A stretch of DNA of 62,399 bases, filler included, from Sphacelaria rigidula (lineage: Eukaryota): NCBI GenBank assembly GCA_964200075.2. It is 9 parts of 9 records of this genome, joined end to end, with 100 filler letters (N's around TTAATTAATTAA, not from the genome) between each part and the next. Parts side by side here need not be neighbours in the genome. Positions count along the whole stretch, not along the records: positions 20,836 to 27,679 come from CAXNAA020017799.1; positions 27,780 to 34,623 come from CAXNAA020017800.1; positions 34,724 to 41,567 come from CAXNAA020017801.1; 6 more parts are not named here. One strand, written 5' to 3'. Under the pieces are notes generated by a model. It searched no databases. It saw nothing but the letters and a program-made list of their open reading frames with translations, and was not told the DNA's origin. How positions within the stretch are numbered: position 1 is the stretch's first letter; every line of letters begins with the position of its first letter. The translations under genes and the position numbers were made by a program. Positions 24,106 to 34,791 of this stretch are shown here, piece after piece.

Positions 24106-24734
24106 CCTCGCGACCAAGCGGTCAAAAGCAATAAACTGGTCGGTTGTCCACCCTTTTGGGACCGGGCTTCCAGAGCGACCAATGAGGCTGGTTAGGAATG
24201 GCGTGTCTGGCGTATGCAATAAACAGTGCCGTGTTGCTGAAAATCCGCGTATGTAACCGCAGGGTCATGACGAAGACCGAAAGTTTAATCCAATCTAGTG
24301 TCAGGTACAGGGTGCGCATTAGGTAGTGCACATCTGATGTAACAAGCAGAATGGTTCGAGGTAGAGAGCTCCCAACAGGATGATATTATTGTCCCCATCA
24401 CCTTTCCACACAGCCTTCTGTGATCGGGGCGGGCCGCCATTTCCCCCTTTGTTGCATGCGGCAGATTCTCTTCGAAGGGTACCAGCGTTGCGCCGCACAT
24501 GCATGCAACAGTATAGTACAGTCCAGTGCAGTACGCCTCGTTGACTAAAGCAGCAGCTGCCCTTGCATACTCCCTCGCACGTTCTGGGTAATTCTCAGCT
24601 ACCGAGGTCAACTGCCTATATACCGCTTCTTCATTCCCGCCCACAACATACACGTCAACTGCACACTGCAAGTCATCGGCAGAGCGATAAGCAGAATTCA
24701 TCGCGGTAGCTCCTTTTGTCTTTCCACGGCCCAC
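24106..24734 (-). pseudogene. Passenger exon, frameshifted, possibly DUF218/YdcF(ElyC/SanA)-like
   Basis: Acceptor cactaaacccag at 24735+, candidate donor gtatga at 24105; motifs VYVVGG, VNEAY, EENLPHATKGE and, after a frameshift, ILLVTSDVHYLMR in DUF218-like order. Confidence 0.35.
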
Positions 24735-25544
24735 CTGGGTTTAGTGCCTCGTGAAAATGACCGTATTGGAGCATCTACACTCCTCCCCAAATGACTAAGG
24801 CAAGCAACAAATGAGTACGCCCCCCCCCCCCCCCCCTTTTCCAACCACCCCCACCCGCGGGCAGACAAACGCGCAAAAAAACACAAACAAAACACAAANN
24901 NNNNNNNNTTTAGTGGCTCGTGGAAAGTACCTTCTTCGAACATCCACCCCCCCCCCCAAATAGCCAAGGCAAACAACAAAGGAACACCCCCCCCCCCCCC
25001 CCCGTTTTTTGCGCTCCACCCTGTGTTGGTGTAAGTACTACGTTATAGTATCGAATTATGAACCAAAAAACCCTCCGAAAAACTCGGGAACGCTCTACTG
25101 AGTGCAAGCAATACCATAAAACCAAGTTCCGACCGCCCTGCACTTGAAAACCTGGGAAGGCTTATCTAGGCCAGAGATAGGACCCCCACACGATCTTTGC
25201 AGTGGCATCACACTCGCCGACCAGCCCCGCGCTCGTCGTTCGGGTCTAGTCGATAAATTCCGCCTCTCCGTGATTGGGCAGGTCGCTCGAAGACTTATTT
25301 TTTATTATTCCACCGACACAGGGTTAACCGTGTTAGTGGGTGGTACGTCCTAAAAGGGTAAAATACACCGAATCTTAATAATGTTTGACACAAATCGACC
25401 ATGCGGACAAGGATTTGTGTTGACCTCTTTTCTTTTTACTGCGAAGAGCGAGGCAGAAAACCACAACCTGATGATTCCTTACGCCATCCATTCGAACAAG
25501 AATGTAACATCATGAGCGGCACCGGGTTAGCTAGGCACATGACG

Positions 25545-26090
25545 TGAGTCAGCTATGAGCATGTGTTACCGGGGTGAGCTACCGGGCGTAGCTCATCCAC
25601 TCATATTTTCCCTGGGCGAGCTATAAGAGCTGTGTGAGCTACGCATGTTTGCCTTGGATGGACTATCGAGTGTAGCTTATCCGTATACTTCGTATGTTTT
25701 CCCTGGGTGAGCTGCAAGAGCTGCGTGAGCTACACATGATTTTCCTGGGTGAGCCATGAGAGGTATACAAGCTACGCTTGTCTGCCATAGGTGAGCTACC
25801 AACCCGTAGCTCATCAGCTCAAATTCGCCCTGGGTGAGCTATGAGAGCTGCATGAGCTACGCATGTTTGTGTTTGGCTTAGGTGAGCTACCAACCCGTAG
25901 CTCATCAGCTCATATTCGCCCTGGGTGAGCTATGAGAGCTACATGTGCTACGCACATTCGTCTTGGGTAAGCTACCAGCCCGGAGCTCATAAGATCATGT
26001 AAACCTCTGTTGAGCTACTAGCCCGTAGCTCGCATGTGCATGTTTGACTACAGGTGAACTACAGCTCGCAGATGACCTAGCTCATGACCT
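25545..26090. repeat. Right subterminal GAGCTA array, same orientation as the left array
   Basis: Same units as 22940-23710 read on the same strand. Confidence 0.92.
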
Positions 26091-26776
26091 GTCCGACGTG
26101 TGAAATCTTGCCCTCACTTGTGCTCGTGCCGCCATAATCTGAAGTGTTTGAGTTCAATTATCAATTACTGTATGAGTGCGAGCTGGGCTATAAGCTGACG
26201 TTCCTTTCACCAGACGTATCTCGAGAACCGCGCTGAGATGTCGTCAAGCCAACATATTCCTGTGATCGGGAGATCGCCATGCGTGTATCGACACCTCCAA
26301 GCGTACCCAAGTGTCTTCATACAAAAAAATGTCTTGTACGATATTTCACTGGGTTAACCCTTTTGGAAGCCTCCCCTCCCGTCCCCGGGCCAGACGCCTC
26401 ATTATTTCAAGTTGGGACAAATAAGAAAAGGGGAAAACAGAAAATACCGATGGCAACTATTTTTACTCTTGAAGACCAAAGAAGACTCTGGAAGCGTACG
26501 TCATGGATGCATCGAACATGAAGCCCCGGGGCCGTCGGGTTGGGTTTGTCCAATGATATCACGCAACAGGCGAAGTGTGTCCAATTGTATGCATCGACAA
26601 GACTCTCGCAAAATAGTTCAAACTCTCATATGTGGTCTTCATCAGTGGGAAAAACGTCAATTTGAGTTCGGTGCACGAATATGCCACATCAATATACTTG
26701 AATTTAGAGTTGTGCACAAGTATACTTGAAATTAGAGTGGTGTACCGTTTTGGCGGGCTGCATCATCAACACTTGG

Positions 26777-27035
26777 AACAGCCGATCATAGAGATTGAGG
26801 ATGGAGCTTTTCATTGAGGATGAGATCCCGGACGATTAAAATCTTCGTATCCACACCAAATCGTCGAAATAAGGTTCCATTTCTTCACCTAATGTTGGTT
26901 AGCTTTTCACAACTGCTACACGCCCTACAAATTTGGATTTCGATAATCGAAATGTTGGAGTCAGGTGAAGAACCATTTTTGGGGGATTGCATCCTCAATG
27001 AATTGCTCCATCCTCAATTTGAATGATCGGTTGTT
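26777..27035. mobile_element. 259-bp MITE with ~50-bp TIRs, AACA termini, 4-bp TSD
   Basis: TIR aaca(g/a)ccgatcat...attgaggatggagc..ttcattgaggatg..atccc; ttgg at 26773-26776 and 27036-27039. Confidence 0.85.
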
Positions 27036-27606
27036 TTGGCGAGCGTAGAAGGCCACGCTACACGGCGGCAATGATATGGCCGAGCAGGTGGAAATCCCGT
27101 CACCACATGTGGAAGCGCTAAAGAGCGAACGTTCAGCCGGAAGAGCTTGCTGAGAAGCACGGTCAGGACGCTGCTAGATGTTTCGCAGAAGAAGCTGAAA
27201 GAGCGGTTGCGGTAGCCCATTGCCCCCTGGCGCACACCGCCCCCCCCACTCGTCTACCGGACGTCAGCACAGTAACCGCGGCAAGAGAAGATGCTGCGAG
27301 GCACGCAGGATCATGTTGGAGACACAAGGCGGTGTGATTGCAAGCGTCCAGACAGGCGATCTACTAGGGAACGGTCGACAACCGACCGGGACAGCCTTTC
27401 GCAACCAGCCTATCCCAACTACAACTACAGTCAGTCAGTAAACACACTTCACTACAGTTCAGTATACTGAATAACGATTTTACGGTCTTCCATGCTAGAG
27501 GACAGAAGGTGTGTAATATCATTGCATGAAACGCCAACGCCGCCCACGAGGAAAACGGTCCGAACGCGATAGCGCCAGATGGAGTCATAAACCTCACGCA
27601 GCACAC

Positions 27607-27679
27607 CGGTCGCCCCGGTGGCTCAGTTGGTAACCTCGTAACACCTTCTGATGGTTGAGTTGTGGGGTTCGATTCTCGG
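27607..27679 (+). mobile_element. tRNA-derived SINE head (truncated by scaffold end)
   Basis: A box tggctcagttgg and B box ggttcgattc; matches head of 44337-44594. Confidence 0.8.
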
Positions 27680-28821
27680 NNNNNNNNNNNNNNNNNNNNN
27701 NNNNNNNNNNNNNNNNNNNNNNNTTAATTAATTAANNNNNNNNNNNNNNNNNNNNNNNNNNNNNNNNNNNNNNNNNNNNCCGGCGAAAACCGGGCGTGCT
27801 CCGTCCCGGCTTTGTTGGGATGCGAGGTCAATAGTCTTATCACTATGGCATGCATGATCATGAGTACACCCCTACCGCACACATATACGTTCAACCAAAT
27901 CGTAGCGACAGCGTTTTTTTCGAGCGCTGAAATAACTCCCTTTCCGTTTTCTCTGGTTCCAGCATTCCTTAGCGCACTTCTAACCACATTTCCTCCCTCC
28001 TCCTTTTAATTTCGTTCACGATAAAAACAGCCTCCTGAGAACATTGGATAGGGCGCATTTTTTCTCTCGAGCGCTGGGAGGACTCCATTATTTCGCTTCT
28101 TTTCGGAATCAGGAGCTGACAGGTAGGGGTACATGCCGCTTCAACACCTTTCTTCTTCACTTTCTCTCACGTTCTTTCTTTTTTTTGTTCAGTAAACAGC
28201 CGTGCTATGGTTTAGTAGACAACAGTAGAATACCGCCGGAGGGTGTATGAGCCCTCGCCTCTCCGATACAGCAGAGCGCTCTGTCGATCAAGCGATGACG
28301 GTGCGTTGGGGACAGGACAATGCTCAGGAGAGCTGACAGTGAAGATCCCAGAAGTGGACTGGGAAATGGAGTGAGAGATGGGGGGCGAGCAGTGCAGACT
28401 TGCACCGTGTCTCGGACAAAAGACAGGCCACAAACCAGTCAAGCTCACATGATATGCTTGTGGTGCGGTGTACAGTCAAGCTCACAGAATGTGAGCTCGA
28501 TGGCGTCGTGTGCGTTGGCTTAGAGCTTGCAGCGTACACGTTGCTCCGTGGCTCCCAAGGTGCACGGACAGCCCGGCAAGTCTCCTTAGAGCGGTTTGTG
28601 CGACACCCGAGGGACCTTCCTCGTGGCTAAAAGTTTCCTGTGGACAAGACCCGTAGGTCTGGTTCTACGTAGAACCACAAGGCATGTTGGGTTTGCATAA
28701 GTGGACTCACATCGAGCAGGTTATTGAGCATTTGGCCATGGTCGGTTGCAGCGTTTGGCGCGAGGGGTCCAAGTCAGGGTTGGCTCGCGCGATCGCTTCG
28801 TCTAGGTCCCATTCGCGGTTG

Positions 28822-29244
28822 TCACCGTCTCGGAGTACACATGGAGAAGTGGGGGTGTTGTCTTCTTCTGCATTTTCTACACTCTACGAGAGGGCACACT
28901 CTGTACGAATGCAAAATATCAGCGCCTCGTTTCCCAGCATCCTTGCACCGATTACACATGGCTGGTCTCTTTCCACTGTTACTACCACCGCCCCCGCGTC
29001 CGCGTACGGGGCCATACTGGCCTTGCACGCTGACGCCCGCATGCGCGGGCGCTGCGGACCACATCGGTTGGTTGTATCCCCCGGTATGTCTTGGATGCAT
29101 GAGGGGCTGTCCGGTAGGAACAGCCCAAGTTGCGGTCCCGCCGCCGCCGCTTCTGGGACCCCCAAGACATTTAGTGACCCCCGCGAGCTCTTTGACTACT
29201 TGGTCCATGTCAACCTGCCTCCCTTGCTCAGATGCACTCATCAA
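28822..29244 (-). pseudogene. Gag/ORF1-like fragment with two CCHC-type zinc knuckles (retroelement remnant)
   Basis: RG/G-rich segment then CNRC-x11-H-x4-C and CRKC-x4-H-x5-C; no intact RT downstream. Confidence 0.55.
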
Positions 29245-30489
29245 CTTGTTGTGCGTCTAAACGGCTACGGCATCTATACTTTAATGCCGAGCAAGCAGTG
29301 CTCGACCCCTAAGCAAGTGGCTGCCTATGTGTTGCTTATTCGATTCGACGAGGTAAGACACGGCAAGAGCACAGGCTCATGGAATCACAAAAAATGAGAA
29401 CGTACGAGCAGCGTTCCTGCGGGGGTTGCTATGCCGTACACATGACCGTGTGGTCATCAGTTACAGCTGTGATCTTCCGCCTGAAAATATTTCCAAACCC
29501 TTTAGCGATCCCCTGGTAAAAAACTACAGACCCTGAAGAGCAGTGCCTGCATCAAGCTTGCTCAGCTAGTGGTTGTTTGTCTATTTCATGTCATCCATGT
29601 TCAGCTGGGTTGGGCAGAGGTACAAGCAAGGAAAGAATGTGGCTTGATGACTGGCCGCTTCGTCGTACTGTGTGCTGAAGTGTGACAAGAGTTCACACAC
29701 AAACAATAGCTGCACCCCATCAGATCCCAACGAAAAAACTTGGGACTTAATCAACAGGGAAGAACCGGTGTTGTGTTGTCATCCCATCTATTCTGGACGC
29801 CAGTCGACACCTTTCGGTATATGTGGGCGCATCAGCCGGGGTTACAGGAGGAAGACTAATACAGGTTTTTTTCCTTATTTTTTGTCATTTCGGTTTAGTA
29901 CTACACCTACTTTGTGCGGTGCTTGAGTTATTTTTTATCGCGAGGGGTTCAGCAGTCCCTTTCCCTCGTCGACCGTGAAGTGAAATTTGAACCTACAGCT
30001 ATCAAATAGTGACAGCGATTTGACACGGTACTTGTACATCAGAACGAGGATTGCAGTAACTTGAAGTACGCATGTAAGTGCACAAATCTACAATATCACC
30101 TGCTCCATAGAATAAAATCATGGGTCGTTCCGTTCTTTGAACGGCAAGGAACGAACGTGAATATCCCCCCCCCGCGCGCGCCCAACTTCAAAGAGTGCTC
30201 ACTCAGCACGTGGACTCAGAGAGTTATACACGAGTGTGTTCCCGACGTGCTCCCCTGAGCCCTCTGCAGTCCTTTGACATTCATTGAACGCAACGCTAGC
30301 ATCACGGCATGCGTTGACGACTACGAACGCAAGATTGTGCTTTAGGTGGTGGTGTGTCCTTTGTTGGTGACGAGTGGGGGGGGTACACCGCCTCTTTTTT
30401 GCTGTTGTTGGGAAACTTTTTTGCTTTTCATCTACACCTTTTTGCTCACCACCCTTGGTTTTTAGTCCCTTTCTTGGTATTTTTCCGTA

Positions 30490-31600
30490 CTTTAAACTGC
30501 AAGCTTCAAACGTCCAGGATGATCCTGCAGTGCGGCAGGTGAAGGATCGGCAATTCACCGAACGCTGGCAGCAGAAGGAAAAGGCCACGTCGACAACACA
30601 TCAATCCATCAGACCACGCCAGGTACATCGCTGCAACCAACTGCATCTTCGGTAGCTGGCAACACAGCACAAAGCACGTACACCCGTCCGCTGCACCAGG
30701 TGCCTGCGAGCCGGAGCGGCGCAGGCACTTCTCTACCTGCGCCATTGGACATCGAGGGTGAAACCGGCCAGAGGGCGCGGCAGCGGGAGAAGAGGAAGAC
30801 CGAGGAGGAAGGGAAAAGGGATGGTGGGGCGAGTAGTCGACGTGCCACGGACGAGGCAACCCGCCCGGCTACGCTTCCACTAGCGGCGAGTGTCAGGCCC
30901 CACGCTACACCGCCATCGACGGCTGGACGCACCGATGCTCGGTAATCCCATCACAGCCTTCACATCGCCATAAATGCTCGGTGACCAACACGGGATGTTG
31001 TGAGCACCTGCCACACAGATATGTCGGCCACGCCTAGCCCATCATCACCGCCCATAGATGTTCTCACCTGCCACCCCGCCAACCCGCATCCGTCCTACCG
31101 TTCATTTCGCCGCCGGAAGCAACAGACATGTAGACACTGCTCTACCGGATGCAACCCCGCATAGCGTGGTTATTTACGGGGACGGGTATGCACCGGGGAC
31201 GCGGAGTGGCACGACGAGTACATCGTCTGCGTGACTTTAGGGCGGCATCAGGCGTCCGGCCATGGGGCAGGCATGCGCAAGAGGGAAGCGGGGCTCAATT
31301 TAGAGGGGGGAATTCCACGGCAGAGCGAGCGGAGAACGTCCCACGACAGCGGCAAGCGCAGCAACGGCTTCACAACCACCCGATATGGACTACTTACGGC
31401 GCGGGCCAGCGCCGATCGTGCATACATGCCTTCGACCGAATGGTGTTCTGAGAAATCGGTAGAACACACTCTCCTGTCTGCCATGCAACTCCGCGTGACA
31501 TGGATGTCTGCGAACATGAGCCACGCGTAAAGCGGAGTAGTCGGAGAAATTGCCCCGCCCACGACACTGGAGAACGAAGACATCACGCGGCGCGCGACAG
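30490..31600 (+). pseudogene. Degraded coding-like sequence of unknown family
   Basis: GC-rich frames (...PAPLDIEGETGQRARQREKRKTEEEG...; ...GDAEWHDEYIVCVTLG...) broken by stops and frameshifts. Confidence 0.3.
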
Positions 31601-32868
31601 AAAGAGGGAGACGCGAGAGCGGAGGAGAGGAGCAGAAAGAGAAGGAGAAAGGGAGAGAGCGGGCGGATGCGAGGGGGATATAGTGTATACACCGACAACA
31701 AAATTATCAAGTACTCTTTTCACTGGCAGCGTGTCAACGAGCGTGCTGGGTGCATCAGAGCATTGCGTCTAGTGTCCCCCGCATCGAAATCCGTGTTTTC
31801 GGAAGCTGTCAATGCAAAAAAATGAAAGCCGAGTGACACAAACTGGCGCGTTACCCTCATAACTTTCGCCTTCTGTGAGTCCATCCGGGAGATACTTCTA
31901 GCGGCCCCTGCGGGGGACTTCTTGTCGCCGACGGCGCTCACCGATCCGGTCAGCCGCCCACGTTCCACCCTGGTTGAGGAACGAGAATTTTTTTTTTCAC
32001 GTTCATACATCATTCTGTTTGACGCGCTGACGTCGTCATACATACATGGCCACATGTAAAGCTGGTGCCAAACGGTAAAACAGCGGCTGCTGTCCTCAAA
32101 TACCGCCTGGTCCATGTCCTTCACTTTGGCTGGCGCGATCGCCGCTGCTTTTTTGGTGTACTGAGACGGCCACATGGTGCTGGTCGCAGCTCATGCACAA
32201 ATGAGCATGACGTGCGGCACATACGTGGCAACAGCCTTTTCTATGCAGGCATTGTCTCTCCACCAGAAACATCTGTTCTGTACCCGTCCAGAGATCTGTC
32301 CGGTTGGGGTCGAACCAGAGGGCCGGGTGTTCAAAGGAAAAAGTTTCATGTTTGCTGGTGCCGCTCGCTATCGTACATGCGGCTACAAAAACGAGGAACA
32401 GCCCACACAATGACGGCACACCACCTGTTGTGAATGCAGTTGGACACAACGAATCATACCCTCACACATGGCGGGCGCTGTGAGAGGTCAATAACGACCA
32501 ACTCAGCCCCCTTTGCGCCAGTATTTGTTTGCTATACCCCATCAAGTACTTGGGGGGGGGATATCCTTCACTTTCTAGTGCCCTCATTTACATATTTCAA
32601 TTTTGGACTAAAAATAACGGCCTCGAGGAAGTCGTCACCCTCGAACCCATCAAAGTCGGCGAGGTACGAGCACCAACATAAGTTTTGATACAGGATCACC
32701 AGCTGCACTGTCACAGATTCGACAGAAACGAAGCGGACTTGTTCGACATGCATGAATTTTTTCATCACCGCGAACATTTTTTTTTATTCCTGTGACCTCG
32801 TCCTCGCTGAAATGCCTTTCGCCCAACCTCTTAATCGCACGATAGAACGGCAACTTGATGCAAGGTTT

Positions 32869-33068
32869 CAAGAGCGTGTCGGGTATACCCGACATATTGA
32901 TATTTTGAAAAGTCGAACATCACCTACGTAAGTGAGTCATAATGACTTGTATGGGCTTTAGAGAGGGGAACAACAGCACTTGTCCGGCTGCTGCGCCATA
33001 TCATGGGTCGGATCTCCACTTTTTAAAATACCAACAATATCGGGTATACCCTACCCGACACGCCGTTG
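32869..33068. mobile_element. 200-bp MITE, 8-bp TSD (hAT-like)
   Basis: TIR caa..gcgtgtcgggta..; TSD caaggttt / caaggttg. Confidence 0.8.
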
Positions 33069-33317
33069 CAAGGTTGGTCTACAGAAGGCACATGGTGTAC
33101 CCCCAATTTGTACCAACAATTTTATACACCCGAGACACTTGGAACGGTCGCGGTGGGTTTGGGGCGCGTCGGGCAAATGTTGAAAAAAAACTTGACACTG
33201 CTTTCTGAGAGATTCATGATTTATGCAATTGTCTCGAACTTGATTCTCAGGAGACGGGACCGGGCGAGGCGGTTCCGAAGAGCGCGGTACGCGGATAGAC
33301 ACCTTCAAGCAGATCTC

Positions 33318-33455
33318 CATACCCTGGACAAAAGAATACACAGTCAAAAAGTGTGCTGCGTACAGTATCGACTATTGCGCCTATTGCAATAGACAAAAGG
33401 TTCCATCCTGTACGCAGTACATTTTTTTACAATATAATCTTTTGTCCAGGGTGTG
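33318..33455. mobile_element. ~140-bp foldback MITE, 8-bp TSD; other copies 55215-55353 and 61980-62123
   Basis: TIR cacaccctggacaa; TSD cagatctc (perfect), cctgttag/cttggtag, atatatgg/atacgtgg; central tattgcgtctattgcaatagac-type palindrome. Confidence 0.9.
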
Positions 33456-34791
33456 CAGATCTCTGAAACTCCAGAGATATTTGTCAATTAACATCGCATC
33501 AAATATGGTAGATCCGACCGCTCCGCATCGGGTGGGGTTTGGAGGCGGCAAAAAAGTAGGGAAACATATACTTCTAGCTAAAGGGAACAGAAGCTAAGAG
33601 ACAAAAAACAAAAGCTTTTTGGATCCAAGAGCCCGGGAAGCGCAAGGTGAGAGAATTGCAGCGCTGAAACGCAGCGCGTAGCTCCTTTAAAAGGTGCGGC
33701 ACAAGCATGCGTGTCGGGGTCGCCCATTATACCTTGTGGCGCATGGCCTTTGCCCTGGGTGTTTCATTGTAACCGTGTCACCATGGCACTGTCTGTGGTA
33801 TTAGTATACTTGTTCCTATGTTTGAAAAAAAAACGAGTTTGTCTGTTGTGCTTAACGTCCTTAGATTGAACGTTGAATATTTTCATGTTTGAGGGAGCGG
33901 GGTATCCGTTGTAGGGTGTTGCAATCAGTGTGAGTAGACTGAACGCGTGGTGTCGCTCGCCGCGTCTTCGAGATTTGCGCTCGTGCTTTGTCCGCTGGGT
34001 GGTTCCCCATGTGCGCTGCCGCCTGCCGTCAGCAGTATACGGTCGATCCATCTCTGTACAAGGGTCTGTCCCAACAAAACTCAACCTGCAGGCGTATTTT
34101 GTGTGCGGCATCGTGTGTCATGTTCTTTGTATAAGGGGCTGTGGTGCGGTATTCGATTCCCTCAATTTACAAGGATGACAAGCTTGAAGTGCCAGCGAGG
34201 CCTGCTCCTTCTCATGGACATGTCTGGCGTACATGACTTCGTAGGTTGGTCGCACACTAACAGGTTAGGCTGCCGACTGCCCGATGTCATACTGCTCTGC
34301 CCTACACACTGTACTGCATACGGTGGTGATGTGCTGTCATGGTTGGTCGTCAGTGCAGCCTGTATAGACTGTACCGCCTGTACGGTACGATAGCACTTCC
34401 AGCATTCACTTCGGGAAGGACCTAGTTTTTTAAATGGCGCAAATTGTGCATTAGACACTAATCACGGCATCTCGGCCCATATTGCGCCCTATGGACCTCA
34501 GCAGCAAATAAGGAGGGGGGGTTGACGTGGCACGCGGGAGTGCTGCAGGGAGCGGAGAGGTTCATGACCTCATGGCACAGAAATGACGAGGAGGCCAGCC
34601 GACTGCGTGCGATTAGACGGGAGNNNNNNNNNNNNNNNNNNNNNNNNNNNNNNNNNNNNNNNNNNNNTTAATTAATTAANNNNNNNNNNNNNNNNNNNNN
34701 NNNNNNNNNNNNNNNNNNNNNNNCCTTAGTCATTTGACCATTGACCACGCATCCCTTTCGAGACGGAGCACCGTTCCTACTCCTAATAGAG

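Larger units (their letters stand above)
22910..26102. mobile_element. 3193-bp non-autonomous DNA transposon with 8-bp TSD and long subterminal repeat arrays
   Basis: Perfect TSD aaatcttg at 22902-22909 and 26103-26110; TIR cacacgt(t/c)ggacag(a/g)tca. Confidence 0.92.
31830..33520 (-). pseudogene. Intron-containing pseudogene of unknown family, interrupted by two MITEs
   Basis: Removing the MITEs restores reading (STIFDAMLIDKYLWSFRDLLEGVYP; QPCIKLPFYRAIKRL.../FAVMKKFMHVEQVRF...DDFLEAVIFSPKLKY; CFWWRDNACIEKAVATYVPH...); internal stops and frameshifts. Confidence 0.5.

Noticed and set aside
22940..26090. CRISPR-like arrays of palindromic repeats
   Set aside because: Intervening sequences are themselves repeated, with no unique spacers and no cas genes. 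The arrays sit inside a TIR/TSD-bounded transposon in a eukaryotic context.
27607..27679. Functional tRNA gene (TCT anticodon-like loop)
   Set aside because: D and anticodon stems do not pair properly, and the same head at 44594(-) continues into a repeated non-tRNA body, so it is a SINE.
28684..29397. 237-aa plus-strand ORF
   Set aside because: No recognisable motif; likely the antisense shadow of the GC-rich zinc-knuckle ORF on the minus strand.
34330..34400. GIY-YIG-like VYTGCTDD motif on the minus strand
   Set aside because: Too short, lacks the upstream GIY strand and conserved Arg, and is followed by stops.
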